DNA from: Chiloscyllium plagiosum
Taxonomy: Eukaryota
DNA: 64,000 nt
Direction of reading: 5' to 3'
NCBI RefSeq assembly: GCF_004010195.1
Contig: NC_057754.1
Location: 5,929,846-5,993,845, forward strand
This document shows positions 25,660 through 37,827 of the stretch, one piece after another. A program made the position numbers and the translations under genes. Each line of letters starts with the position of its first letter. Within the stretch, counting starts at the first letter, position 1. Below the pieces are notes generated by a model, which was not told the DNA's origin, made no database searches, and saw only the letters and a program-made list of their open reading frames with translations.

Positions 25660-26479
25660 AAACCACAGACGAGCACACTGACAGCGGATAATAATACAGT
25701 AGCATAGGAAATGTTAGGCAGCGTACCAAATGCACAATATCAGTGCTTAACGAACAGTGGCAGATATGCAGGAACTCAGAATTGGTTGACCGTTTAATAT
25801 CATTGCCCCCAGAGTCTGTGATGATTCCATCATTAATATACTGAAGGCTGAGATAAATAGATTTCTCTAAAACATTAAAGATTCCGGGGACAGTGCCAGT
25901 TTTATTGAAATGTATGCTGCAATATCAATGCAGTTTAACATTGGTTACTTCACCAGTTTCCCCACACAAGGCAGTAACCACTGCTGTCACATATTCCCAA
26001 TTCCCAGCCCCAGAATCAGAGGAACTGAGTGGCGCAGTCACGTAGATCCAACTGGAAATCGGGATGGGAATGAGATCGTAGAGCTACTCGATGGCTCCAG
26101 TGACACAACCGGTGAATGCACGGTACTTCTATGACGGTTTAGAGGCGTAAGCAATTCCGAGGTTGGGAGTGCGGGGCAGAAGGGAAAATTTGTTCCCTTT
26201 TATAAAAACATAGCAATCTACAGAGCAACTTGCTGAGACAGCTGAGTGCCACAACTGGAGCTTGGGCGGCTGGTTTGAAGTTTGATTTTGCTTCACTCTC
26301 ACCCACATTCCTGGAATGAATTGCTTTCGCAATTTTTCTTTCCAATTGTTTGATATCTCCCTGCAGTCTGCGGCTTTCTTCCTCATGGTTGCTTGCATGA
26401 CTAATTGTTGTATGATCTGCACACTGCTAAATCACAGCCACTACAAGTAAATAGGAATCATTGATCGATATGAGAAAAC

Positions 26480-27930
26480 AGTGGAACTCACAGCAGGCAT
26501 GCTTTGTAAGTTTGCAGGCGACACCAGAATTGTAGATAGTGAGGAAGATTATCTAAGATTCAAAAGGATCTTAACCCAACGAGTCATTGGACTGAAATAT
26601 GTAACATTGAGGTCAATCTGGGTAAATGGAAGGTATTGCATTTTGGTACAACAAAAAGAGTAGGGCTTATACAGTTAGTGATAGGCCTTTGCGTGGTGTT
26701 GGAGAACACGAAAGCTAGTGGTGCAGTTACATAATTCTTTGTAGTTTGTATCACATAGAGACAGGATGGTTAAAAGCCATTTGCCCTCTTCCCTTCATTG
26801 CTCAGTCCTTTGTGTATCGGAGTTGGGACGGTATGTTGAAGTTTTGCAGGACATTGATGAGGCCTCTTCTGGAATATTATGACCAGTTCTGGTCGCCCAG
26901 TTGAAGGTATGATATTATTCAGCTGGAGCACGTTCAGAAAAGGTATGCACGCATGTTGCCGTGTGTGGAAGGTTTGAATTATAATGAAAGGCTGGATAGG
27001 CTGAGACTATTTTCAGATACCAGATTGGGGTGCTGGAAAACCACAACAGGTAAGGCAGCATGCGAGGAGCAGGAGAATCATTTTTTTGCGCAAGTGTCAT
27101 TCATCAGGCTCTTGCCCGAAACATCGATTCTCTTGCTCCTCAGATGCTTCCTGACCTGCTGTGCTTTCCCAGCACAACAGTTCTGACCTCCTAAGTGAGA
27201 CTGTTTTCACTCTAGGTTAGGGGTTTGAGCGGCGACCTTATAGAAGTTTATGAATTATTGAGAGGTATGTTAGAGTTAACGATAGCTGCCTTTCCCAGGA
27301 GGGGCATTTCAAGACTAGACGGCTTATGTTTAAAAGGAAAAGAAAGAGATTTTAAAAAGAAAGACATGTGACGCATTTTTTTTAGAGAAGGTGTTTTACG
27401 TGTGCAATTAACTTGCTAAGGAAGCGATGGATGAGGGTACATTTGCAAAGTTTAAAGGACGATTTGATCCAAACATGAATGGGAAAGTGGGATTTTTAAA
27501 ATAAATTTATTCATGCCTAGTACATCAGTTATTTCCCAGAGTACAGTTAAGGGTCAACCACAATATTATCCATCTGGAGTCTCCTGTGGGACAGAGCAGA
27601 GGAATATGACAGTTTGCTTTCTGAACTGACATGAGTGAATCAGATGGGGGTTTCCACACAACTGATTAAGGTCATCACGATACTCTGCAATTCCAGGTAC
27701 TTATTTAATTCAAATTCCACCATCTGTCATGCCAGGACCTGGACCATTTGTCCCCAAAATATTACCTGGGTTTTTGGATTAACAACACAGTAATAAAACT
27801 ACAAGGGCATTATAACCACTCAACGGGTACAGGAGGAAGCAGATGGGAGTAGGTTACTTTGGTAGTATGTTCAGCATGGATTGGTTGCTCTGACGGGCCG
27901 GTTTTCATGCTGTGTGACTCTATGATTGAC
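26480..27930 (+). mobile_element. CR1/HER1 LINE 3' fragment with nested insertions
   Basis: KFAGDT (FADDT-like) RT motif, frameshifted ORF2 end, tail ctgtgtgactctatg; nested PLE hairpin and a SINE-like insert at ~27490-27820. Confidence 0.8.
27016..27195. mobile_element. Penelope-like inverted mini-insertion; 14-bp TSD
   Basis: TSD tgagactattttca / tgagactgttttca at 27002-27015 and 27196-27209; imperfect inverted arms. Confidence 0.8.
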
Positions 27931-28932
27931 GCTATAGAACAAATAGCTGGTTGGGATTAACATTAGCATTGACAGCATAAACGAACACCTGATGGGATAT
28001 GTAATCCTGCTGGCGTCTCCGGAGGTTGTTTTGCTCAGTGATCCCTTCCCACACACGGGACTGGTGAACGGCTTGTCCACAGTGTTACTGATTAAATGAG
28101 TTTCCATTTCTGTGGTTAATTGAATCCCTTTAAGCAGTTCCCACATTGTCCTGCGTTCTCTGTGGTATCGGCGTCCTTTTTTCTACCCAGGGTGAACAAT
28201 CCTTTCACATTCTGTCCACACAGATACGAATCCTGTTTTCCATGTTGTGAATGTGTTTTCATTGTTTCTCGTTAACCCACAGGGTGTGAGTATCACTGGT
28301 CAGGACAACATTTATTCTTTGCCCCTCGTTCGTTGCTGTCTGGCTACACCACAAACCCGGGTGCGATCCCAGCCTCGGGTGTCTGTCTGTGGGCAGTCTG
28401 AATATTCTCTGTGTGTTTGCGTTTCTATTCCACCCTCTGACCAAAGATGCACCAGTTACAGGGATCAACAATGGGAAATGCAGGCTTATGGGATAGGGAA
28501 TACCGTGGGGTCTGGTGATATGCGCTTCGGAGGGACCATGTGGAGTGGAAGGGCAGACGAGCATGCTTCCCCACACGGTGGGGATTCTTGAATTAACGGT
28601 CAGCTAATGTTTTTCTGGTAGTGGCATCTTTCGTAGACATCTTTGTCTTGGATAAAGATGGTGGAATCCTTGCATAAAGGACATGAATGAATGGGATTTC
28701 AGGAAATTAAAGTCATGATCTCTGTTTCTGAGGTCAGGCTAGTATTCCAGGTTTTATTCGTCGAACTTAAACATCACCGTTTCCGTGTCCCAGTCACCAC
28801 GGAGGACTAGTTTAAAATATCACCGCAACACCACCTTCTCCAGGTTGAAGTCTTTACTGTTTGGAAGAAACTGATTCTGAGCTGATGCATGCAAAAGCAG
28901 CTGCCAACGTCAGAGTCGAAAACAAATCCAAA

Positions 28933-29004
28933 TAGCAAAATCATCTTTTAAACCCACCACTGCAAGGTTAAGGGCTCAACACGCTCCAGTTGTGCCACTC
29001 AGCT
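28933..29004 (-). pseudogene. Degenerate tRNA-iMet relic
   Basis: tagcaaaatc...ggttaagggctcaacacgctccagttgtgccactcagct, 72 nt; mirror of 18860-18931. Confidence 0.6.
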
Positions 29005-29575
29005 GCCTTAGCAAGATGCACTGTAGATCGCTATGATAGTATAAACGGGGACAACTATTCTCTTGATCAAGAGCACACTCAACCCAGCAATTTCGTGCGC
29101 CTCTATACCCTCATATAAATACTGCATGCTCACCTATTGCATCACTGGAGCCAGAGAGTAACTCTGTACACTCATTCCCATTCCCATTCTGGTAGATTTG
29201 GGCGACTGTGGCGCAGTTTCTCTGATTCAGAGACTGTGAACTGGGATTATGTGTGATTATCTGTAATACTGGTTCCTGCCTTGAGGAAGCTGGTGAAGTC
29301 GTCGATGTTAAGCTAAAATGCATTTCAACAATATCTTGTAGTGTCCTCCGAATCTTTGATGTATTGTGGAAATCGATCAATCTCAGTTTTCAACATTTTC
29401 ATTCTAGGAAACTCCACAGCCTCTGAGGACATCGAACTGAAAGATTCAGCTCATTCTCAGTTCCCATATGTCTGTCACTGTTCGCTGGGTACTGATATTG
29501 TACATTTGCTGTTCTTCCGAACATTTCCTCTGCTAGTATACTTATTGCTGCTTGCAAGCATCTTGTTCTGTGGGT

Positions 29576-29646
29576 GCTATGATCGTGGTTATCGGTATTT
29601 TTGCATTGTGACCACAGTAATCTCGATTTGAAACCAAATCACGGTA
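29576..29646 (+). pseudogene. Degenerate tRNA-His relic
   Basis: gctatgatcgt...tgcattgtgaccacagtaatctcgatttgaaaccaaatcacggta; mirror of 17888-17960. Confidence 0.65.
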
Positions 29647-30961
29647 CTAAGTGTTCTCGCCGTTGTTCTTTTTGTGACACATGCTAAGAAATTAATTGTT
29701 TTACCTCAACTTCCGCTCACTCACATCTCTGCGTTTCATGTATCAGGATTCAAACACACCCATTGTCGGAGATTTCTCTCCTGCCCACGATCATTAAACC
29801 TCCTTTCTGTCCTCCCCCCATTTCTCTGAGGCAATGCACAATCTATCACTGTCTTTCACATTCATACTGTTCTGTCTGTGCTGCTGCTGTGGTGACTGAA
29901 GATCCCACCATCGGGACCTTCAAAGAAGTCGATCCATTTGGATTCCGCGGTTGTGAAATCAATCCCATGTAGCAGCTTTTACTGACATAGGCCAGAGACA
30001 ATTTGAGCGTCAGGCTCATGGAAATGACCCAGGGCAGTTTTGGTGAAAAGACATTTTATTGGAAAAGATCAGTTTTTATGGCTTTCTGTATTGGTCTTGT
30101 GATAATTTCATAGGACTGATAATCCAGAGACCAAGGTAATAGTCTGGGTACTCGGGCTTGAGTCCCACTATGTCATGATTGTCAAATTTGGATTCAAAAA
30201 ATATCTGCAATGAAGAATCTGATGACTACTATGATCCATTGACAATTGTTGAAAAAAAAATCTGTTCCACTGATGTCATTTCGGGATGGCGTTTGCTATC
30301 CTTACTTGGCCTGGGCTGCATGTGACTTCAGGCTCATAGAAATATGGTTGAGTCTCAACTGCCCTCTGGGCAATTCGGAATGGGTAATAAATTCTGCTTA
30401 GCCAGAATCGCCCTCATACTAATCCAGAAATTTTAAAACAAATGCTCATTAGGCTCAAGCAAGAGTGTTGTGTGCAGTTTTGCAGGGATGTGATCACACT
30501 GAGAAAATTGCAGGAGATATTTACCGGGATACTGTTTGGGCTGAAGAATTTCAGTTGTGAAGAAAGACAGGACAGAGTGGAGTGTTTGTCGCAGTGCAAA
30601 GGAGATGTATACAAGACATTATTGAGTTAGGATATGGACAGGGTTGACAGAACGAGTTCCCCATTGATGGAGGGATCGATCACCAGGGTCCAGAAACTTA
30701 AGGAGAAAGACAGAAAGATTTGAGAAGATGTGCGAAAAAGCTTTATCAGCCAGTGGGTGGTTGGAATTTGGAATACACTATCTGCATTTTTCAGAGCGGC
30801 AGAAACCCTCATAACCTGAATAAACATTCAGATGTGAACTTTTGATTCCAAGACATATAAGGCTGTAGGGTGAGCATTGTGAAATGGGATTCAGTTCATT
30901 AGGCAGTTGTTTTTGACAAGTGCGGCCACATTTGGTTGAAGGGCCTCCTTTGACACTCTTG

Positions 30962-31023
30962 TCCTCGGTAGTATAATGGTTAGTGTCCCCGCCTGTCACA
31001 GGGCTCAATTTTCCGCTGGGGAC
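30962..31023 (+). tRNA. tRNA-Asp (GTC) pseudogene with ~10-nt internal deletion
   Basis: tcctcggtagtataatggttagtgtccccgcctgtcac matches the tRNA-Asp 5' half; 3' anticodon strand and variable loop are deleted. Confidence 0.8.
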
Positions 31024-33101
31024 AGTGTAAACGTTTTAAAACTGTCGCTCCAGTCCCAAGTGCGGGTATTGATACCTGTCCTTCCATTCTCGATGGGACA
31101 TATCACAGGAAGGACAGTGCTGCCTGAATAAAGGTGGGGAAGGACTGCAGCTCTCAGGGAGGCAGAGTGTCAGTGAACGGCCAAACACGTGACTTCTGCA
31201 AACTGCACCTTGTGACTGTGTTGGAATGAAAAGCATTTGACAGACTTGTTCCGGATTGAAGTTTTTTTCTAGAAGCAGGAAGCTGGGGAAGAAACAACAT
31301 TAACACATTCAAATATGAGTGCAGAAACATTTCCCGCAGCACGAATGAAATTGTGAAGGACAGAGTAGCGTTTCGATACATAGAATTTGGGTTCTTTTGT
31401 TTTGATCAGATTTACCAGGGTATAAAACCATTAAAAAGTGATACAGCATTTGCTCAATACGATGGAACATTGTCTCAGTAATTCGCACTGCTGTTCAGAG
31501 GGAAGGTTAGGTTGATTGGCAAAGTTAAATTGCCCTCTCGTGTCCAGGGAGTGAATTAAGAAAGTTAGGTGATTTTGCCATGAGTAACGCGGGGATAAGG
31601 TCAGAGGTCACAGGATGTCAGGTGAAACTCCAACAGGTTTATTTGAAATCATAAGGGGGAGGGATTCCCCTTCTTTAGGTGAAATATAAGGAAATAGGGA
31701 GGGGAGCTAGGTCTGCGTGAGATGCTCATAGAGAGTCAACACCGACTCGATTGACTGAAATGTTCTTTCTGCACTGTAGGATTCTGTGATTCTATTGGAG
31801 AGGATAATGATGTTGTTTACTGGGGTGTAAAGCCATTATAGACTATACTGATGGGGATGTACTGAGGATGAGATTTTATTCACTTGTCTTCTTGGAAAAT
31901 TGAGAACAGTTATCCCTGAACCAAGGAAGGCTTAATGGGTTTTTTTCAGGTTATGAAATGTTTGGACAGAGTAAATAGGTGGAAAATTCCCTCTTTCAAG
32001 TCAGTAAACATCTAGATGTCAGACATTCAATACCTTTGATAAAACCTCTGAAGGACAAAGCAATGATGAGAACAGAATCGCTGTCACTCCGAGAATCTGT
32101 TTTTCAAAATATTTGGAAAGGCACATTTGGTGACATACAAGGAATAAATTGCACAAGGAGAGAGACAGCGTGTGGCTAGGTAAAGGTGCAGAGGTGGGAT
32201 GTAGTCGGTCGGAAGTTGAGGGGAAACAATGTCTAAGTTGGTTGACTTTAAATTTAAACAAATTTCATTAATGTGTGCAGCTGAATAAGATTCGGTTCCA
32301 AAACTCTGCATTTTGAAAGATTTCGCATAATATTCCACCTAAAGCATTGTAAATGGAACTGAGTAGATTTTTATTTATTGTGAAGGAAAGATATTACATC
32401 ATGAATAGGAAGTGACCAGTTGCTTGGAGATCGACTTCCTGCTTTCATCACATGCGTTAAGGATGTGAGAACAAACACCATGATGTTTGGTCCATTTAAT
32501 ACTCAGTGAAACCCTACAAAGCAACGAGCAACAAAATTGGTGGGCTTTCTTTAGCACTTTATCCCTCTGTTTTTCTAAGCAGTATATTCCTTAAGCTGAA
32601 ATAAAGTCAGAGCAAATTTGAATACATCAATCGTTCCAATGAAATATATCTAATTCACTTCTGATTATTACAATGAACATTGTGAGGTTTCAGCAAAATT
32701 AAAATGAAACGAACAAATCAGCATTTCTTGCAATTTAATCCAATTCAGGGTCAGCCACATGAGAAAGGCCATTGAGCGACAACATCGCCTTTATTTCACT
32801 CACCATGGCAGCTTCTTCACTTGAGCGAGAAAGTGACAGAAGATATTATGAGTCAAATGTAGGTGTAAATATGACGGAAAATTCTTGTCCTGTTTCATTC
32901 TGACTCAGTTCTGACTTAATGTATTAATGACAGCTATTCATTCTGACCAGCATGGCTATTTATTGGAATTTGCTGTTATTATAATTCTAGTGAAAGCAGA
33001 AACACAATGGCGTGGATTCAATTCCTCTCTGGAACTTTCTCATCCTTGACTTTCACCACATGTAACATGATCAGGTCGCATGTCACCCCACTACAAAATG
33101 T

Positions 33102-33183
33102 GCAGAGGAGACCGAGGGATTATGGTAGTGGGTTATTATACCGCTGTGCTCCACATTCAAGGGTTCGAGTCACACTCTGGTTG
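33102..33183 (+). pseudogene. Degenerate tRNA-Ser (GCT type) relic; truncated mirror copy at ~24769-24810
   Basis: 82-nt gap-free alignment to GACGAGGTGGCCGAGTGGTTAAGG...TGTGCTCTGCACGCGTGGGTTCGAATCC; B-box gggttcgagtc retained. Confidence 0.65.
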
Positions 33184-33963
33184 CTAACTTTACGCACCGC
33201 TCTAGCAATTTTCCTTTGCACCTCACACTCTGGTATACACCGGATCGAGAATCGTGTTCTTGCCCTTCACTGCACGGGAGATTCACAAATAATCGACATC
33301 ACATTAAAGTCGAAATGTAGAGTGAGACATTCTATTCAATTGTAAATGAAATTGGTGTAATGAGAAAGAACGCATTTTTCTTTCCGCCCTACATTCCATC
33401 TTGACTTTCTTTGAATTTACATCGAAAGAAAGAGAAAAAATAACAAGAGATCGGGAGCACAAGTTTATCCAGTGGGGTTGTTCATGAGTATTTTAACCGA
33501 ACACTTCACTCACAGATCTGATCAGTATTTCAAACAGTCACTCGGAATTGGAACCGCAGAAAAAATCTCCAATGAAAGAAACATTTCATTCTTTCACAAA
33601 TGTGTGCTGTGTGTGCATGATACAACAATCCATCATCCAGCGTGATCACTGACTTGCCAACTGTATAAGATCCAGCAACTTCCTTCAGCAATCACAGCTT
33701 CTGTGCACAGCCACCTGTGCTGTGTCCAGTGTCATTTGTTGCCCCCAGGTCACAGCACATTTCTTCTTCCTGAGTTTATGAGCCTTGTTCCTGATCTGCC
33801 TGATCTGTTTAATAAACCTTTTCTGTCACTTCATCCCATTCCCTCACAATTCTGATCTTACGAATAAAATAAGGCGTTAGACAAAATGTTAAACCAAGTG
33901 GAAGTATGCTATTCAGCCCACGGAGTCTGCTCAACTATTCAATGAACTCATGGTTGATCTGAT

Positions 33964-34157
33964 TTGGAGATGCCGGTGTTGGACTGGGGTGTACAAAGTT
34001 AAAAATCACACAACACCAGGTTATGGTCCAACAGTTTTAATTTGAAGCGCACTAGCTTTAGGAGCGATGCTCCTTCATCAGGTGATAGTCACTCCGAAAG
34101 TTACTGTGCTTCCAATTAAACCTGTTGCACGATAACCTGGTGTTGTGTGATTTTTAA
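33964..34157. mobile_element. Penelope-like inverted mini-insertion (third family); 15-bp TSD
   Basis: TSD catggttgatctgat / catagttgatctgat at 33949-33963 and 34158-34172; inverted arms gttaaaaatcacacaacaccagg / cctggtgttgtgtgatttttaac. Confidence 0.85.
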
Positions 34158-35914
34158 CATAGTTGATCTGATAATCTTGAATTTCTTTCTGCTCACTTCG
34201 CTCGACAAAGTTTCATCATCTTTCTGATTGACTATCTGGCACAGTTTGCAAAAAAACCCAACCACACAGTCTCAACAGCGGTTACCGGAAACTGCCACAG
34301 ATTCTTTGACCACTGAGCAAAGAAATTACTCCTCATTTCTGAATTAAATGGGCAATATCTAATTCTGAGATTATGTCCTCTGGTGCTGTCCTCAGAGCAT
34401 GGAGCAAACCACTTGCCTGTAACTGCACTGTCAAGATCCCACGAATATTGAACGTTTATAATTGTTGTTATGTGATTATAGAGTTCCCCTCCTCCTCCTT
34501 TGTTTCAAGGAGAATAAACTCAGCCTAACCAATAATTCCACAAAGTTCTACTGTATACAGAGTTAGCAACATGTTAGTAAGTCTGCGCTGTTCCTTACAG
34601 CGTCCTTACATATTATTAAGACAGGTGGAAACATTTCGGCAAGGAAACGGGTTGAAATTTCAGGCGCATACGGGAATTGGAACTTGAAATCAGTAAGAAA
34701 GTGATTAGAATCGGGTTGACCCACAGAACCACCAAATACAGCGAAGATAACTCTGACAAATGAGCATCTAATCATATTCGATTGACAATGGCTTCGTTGT
34801 AATTGAATTCCTCCGTGTAATCGGCCTGGGAGCGAGTATTTAGGAGAAATAGAACCTGACCGCCCTTATAAAGAAGTTGACGACAAAAACATGTCCGTCG
34901 GTCGACTTTGTTTGATTATTAACTCAACTCTCAATTCCGTGAAGCCCACATCGTCCACAATGCACAATTTAGATGTTTAACAGAACTCGCTCCATTTGCC
35001 TAGGTGGGTGCAGCTTCAATACCACTGAAGGAACTGGGCATCCCCCACGACAATGCAGTCACTTAACTGTATATTGTTCAACACCAGAATATTTATTCCC
35101 TTAACTGCTAAGGCACAATTGCAGCAGAGTGCACCACATAGAAGATTTACTAGAGTAAGTCATCCAGGCTTTGTTGACAGAACCTTCAAATCTCAAAAAC
35201 TGTACTGACTATAAGGACAAGTTTGAAGATGCACTGAAACGTCACCATTTGCAAATTACCGTCCAAGGCACATACCAGCATGACTTGGAGAGGAATCAGT
35301 GGTAAATTCATTGAGTGGTGAAGTAGTTTGATAGGCAAAGATTTATACTTCAGCCCTCTATCTTTCATCTTTCAATTTTTAAAAATGGACATTATTGCAT
35401 GGACCAGACTTGTGCTCATTCCTTTAGTTGTTTCCTAAACTGGCGTATGCTAAAGATCGAATGTCATCCACAGTCACTGGTCAACAATAGAAAATATCCA
35501 AAAACCTCTTGAACAACTGATCTCCTTGTCCCTGTCTTCAGGGATCTGTGAATGTCCACTCCAAGATCTCTTTGTTCCTGTACACCACTCAGAATCCTCA
35601 CGGTTATTGTTACAACTCCCCAAATTCACTACCACTCATTGGTCTGGATTCAATTCCATTCACCACTTTTCCTTTCCACCTGATGGCCACATCCCTGAGG
35701 TCCCTGACATGATTCATCATAGTCAACTACACGACGATGTATCGTCAGTAAACTTCTAAATCATGACTCCTAAAAAAAAGTTTGAATTATTGATCTACAT
35801 CAGGAAACAGTGGTACTTCACTGGGAACAAGCATCCAAACATGGTTCTTTGCTGCATGGGATGAACAACTGCCATGTTCCAATCTCCAAGGGTTGCTAGC
35901 CCAGTATCTCGCCA

Positions 35915-36848
35915 CTACATTTGCAAATGACGCAAAGATTGGTGGAGAAGCCAGAAATCATAGGGGACTGTCAAAGAATGAAAGGAAATATAGATAGACA
36001 GAAGGGTTGAGCGGAAAATTGGCAAATGGTGTTCCATTCAAGCAAATGTGAGGTGATGATTTTGGGAAGTCTAATTCCAGAGCCAAGTATACAGTAAACG
36101 GAACAGCCTTGGGTAAACTTGATGAGAAGGGAGATCTAGGAGTTCAGGTTCTTTGTACCCTGAAGGTGACTGCACAGGTGGATAGAGTGGTCAAGAAGGC
36201 ATATGGCATGCTTGCCTTCACCGGATAGGGCATTGAGTATAAGAGCAGGCAAGTCCTGCTAAAATTGTACAGAAGTTTGGTTCAGCCGTGTTTAGAATAC
36301 TCTGTACAGTTCTGGTATCCAAATTACCAAAATTATGTGGACGTTTAGGAGAGAATGCAGAGAAGGTTTACGCAGATGTTGCCTGGTATGGAAGATGCAA
36401 ACTCTGAAGAGAGGTTGAGTAGGTTACTTCTGCTTTCATTAGAATAAACGAGATTGCTGGGACCTGATTGAGGTCTACAATATCATGTAGTGTACAGACA
36501 AGGTGGCTAAAGATAAGCTTTTTTTCCAAGATGAGTAATTCAATAATGAGAGGTCACACGTTCAATGAGAGAGGTGAAACGTTTAAGGGAGATAGACATG
36601 GAAAGTATTTCACACAGAGGTTGGCAGGTGCTGGAATGCGTTGCCAGCAGAGGTAGTAGAGGCAGGCATGGTAGATTCATTTCAGTGCGCCTGGACAAAT
36701 GCATGAGTAAGTGAGGAGCAGAGGGATACGGATGGTTAGAAATTGGGCGACATGTTTAGGTAGTTGATTTGGACCGGCTGAAGCTTGGCCGTCCAAAGGG
36801 CCTGTTCCTGGGCTGCACATTTTCTGTATTCTTTGTTCTTCTTTGTTC
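35915..36848 (+). mobile_element. CR1/HER1 LINE 3' fragment
   Basis: FANDAKIG RT motif, YSVQFW motif, and a short tandem tail (ttctttgttc). Confidence 0.85.
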
Positions 36849-36982
36849 ACTACACTACCAACTGTGGGTTACAGGTGAAGTAGTGTTACTTCTGCAATCA
36901 TAATTACTTATGCAAGGTAAATGAACTCACACCAGTGCACAATTGTTTCAAGCAAGAGCTGAGTCAACAAGAATGAAACCTA

Positions 36983-37509
36983 TGTGAAGGAAATATATAA
37001 TTGTTTTCATATTAGCTAAAATGTGCATAAAGAATGGAAGGTGCCTGCAAACAATGGTAGATGGTACAGACAAATAGATAAGGTGCTGTGAGGGTGTAGG
37101 TTAAGCCAGATATGCTTGTACAAGCAGTAGTTATAAGCATTTGTTTCCCAAACAAAAAAGAAACCCAATTAAAAGGTCTTAAGGTTCAATATGGTTGGGG
37201 TAAGGGAGGAAAAGTCACAAGTGGGGGAAATAGATCGCAGTGAAGGAGGATATACCTAACAATTGACCACAGCCAGGATGTGGTGAAAAGGCCAAGTAAA
37301 ACCTGTACTTTGTTATGCACAAGGCCGGATAAGGCAAGAGAGAAACAATAGTAATGGGCACCGGGTTTGGAGTAGTGAATCCTATGTACTTGCTAAACTC
37401 TGCGAGTCTATTTCAGGCACCACGCTTGGAAGCGTATAATAAACATACTGTTTGCTTCATATCTTGTCTCGCATGAAATTATTGAAGTGAATGGGCTTAG
37501 TTTCTCACA
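36983..37509 (+). repeat. 5' LTR (~527 bp)
   Basis: TGTGA...TCACA termini; AATAAA at 37438-37443; last 151 bp ~88% identical to 45762-45923. The start is inferred from the inverted terminus only. Confidence 0.8.
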
Positions 37510-37511
37510 AT

Positions 37512-37529
37512 TGGGGGATCCTCCGCGAC
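37512..37529 (+). promoter_or_regulatory. Primer-binding site, tRNA-Pro type
   Basis: tgggggatcctccgcgac vs TGGGGGCTCGTCCGGGAT (14/18), 2 nt after the LTR end. Confidence 0.8.
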
Positions 37530-37827
37530 ATTCTTCCATCACCGGGGGGAGTGGTTGGCCCTGGACACTGGGAAGAGGCCTCCCATTCACAATTGAGGAG
37601 CGGTTTATTGGCCCAGTTTTGTCCGCTCCCTTGGGCGGCTGGTACAAATCCCACAAGAGAGACATCTGAATCAGACAGTGAGAGGAGGTCGATAAAAAAT
37701 ATGGAAAAAAAAGGGGCCAGGCAACTCTGTGCACAGACCAACGTCAGAAAACTGAATTTTAAGTATTAACTTGGTGGCCGTGAAAAGGGGTATTTAATCG
37801 CTGAGGGACTGGTGAGTGGCCCGAGAA

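Larger units (their letters stand above)
16660..31295. repeat. Inverted duplication: arm ~16660-19790 vs ~27940-31295; direct partial copy at ~24940-26400
   Basis: cttcctgtgacatgtccc...gaatggaatgacaggtattaataacc (16845-16893) is the reverse complement of 31066-31115. His, iMet and ZnF relics occur in mirrored order; ~70% identity. Confidence 0.85.
19760..35875. repeat. Inverted duplication: arm ~19760-24790 vs ~33100-35875
   Basis: tgagcacaagtctggtc (22336) is the reverse complement of gaccagacttgtgctca (35402). Colinear over ~2.7 kb once copy-specific insertions are removed. Confidence 0.85.

Noticed and set aside
36979..36982. Proviral target-site duplication
   Set aside because: Left flank ccta does not match right flank gtct (45924-45927); no TSD can be claimed.
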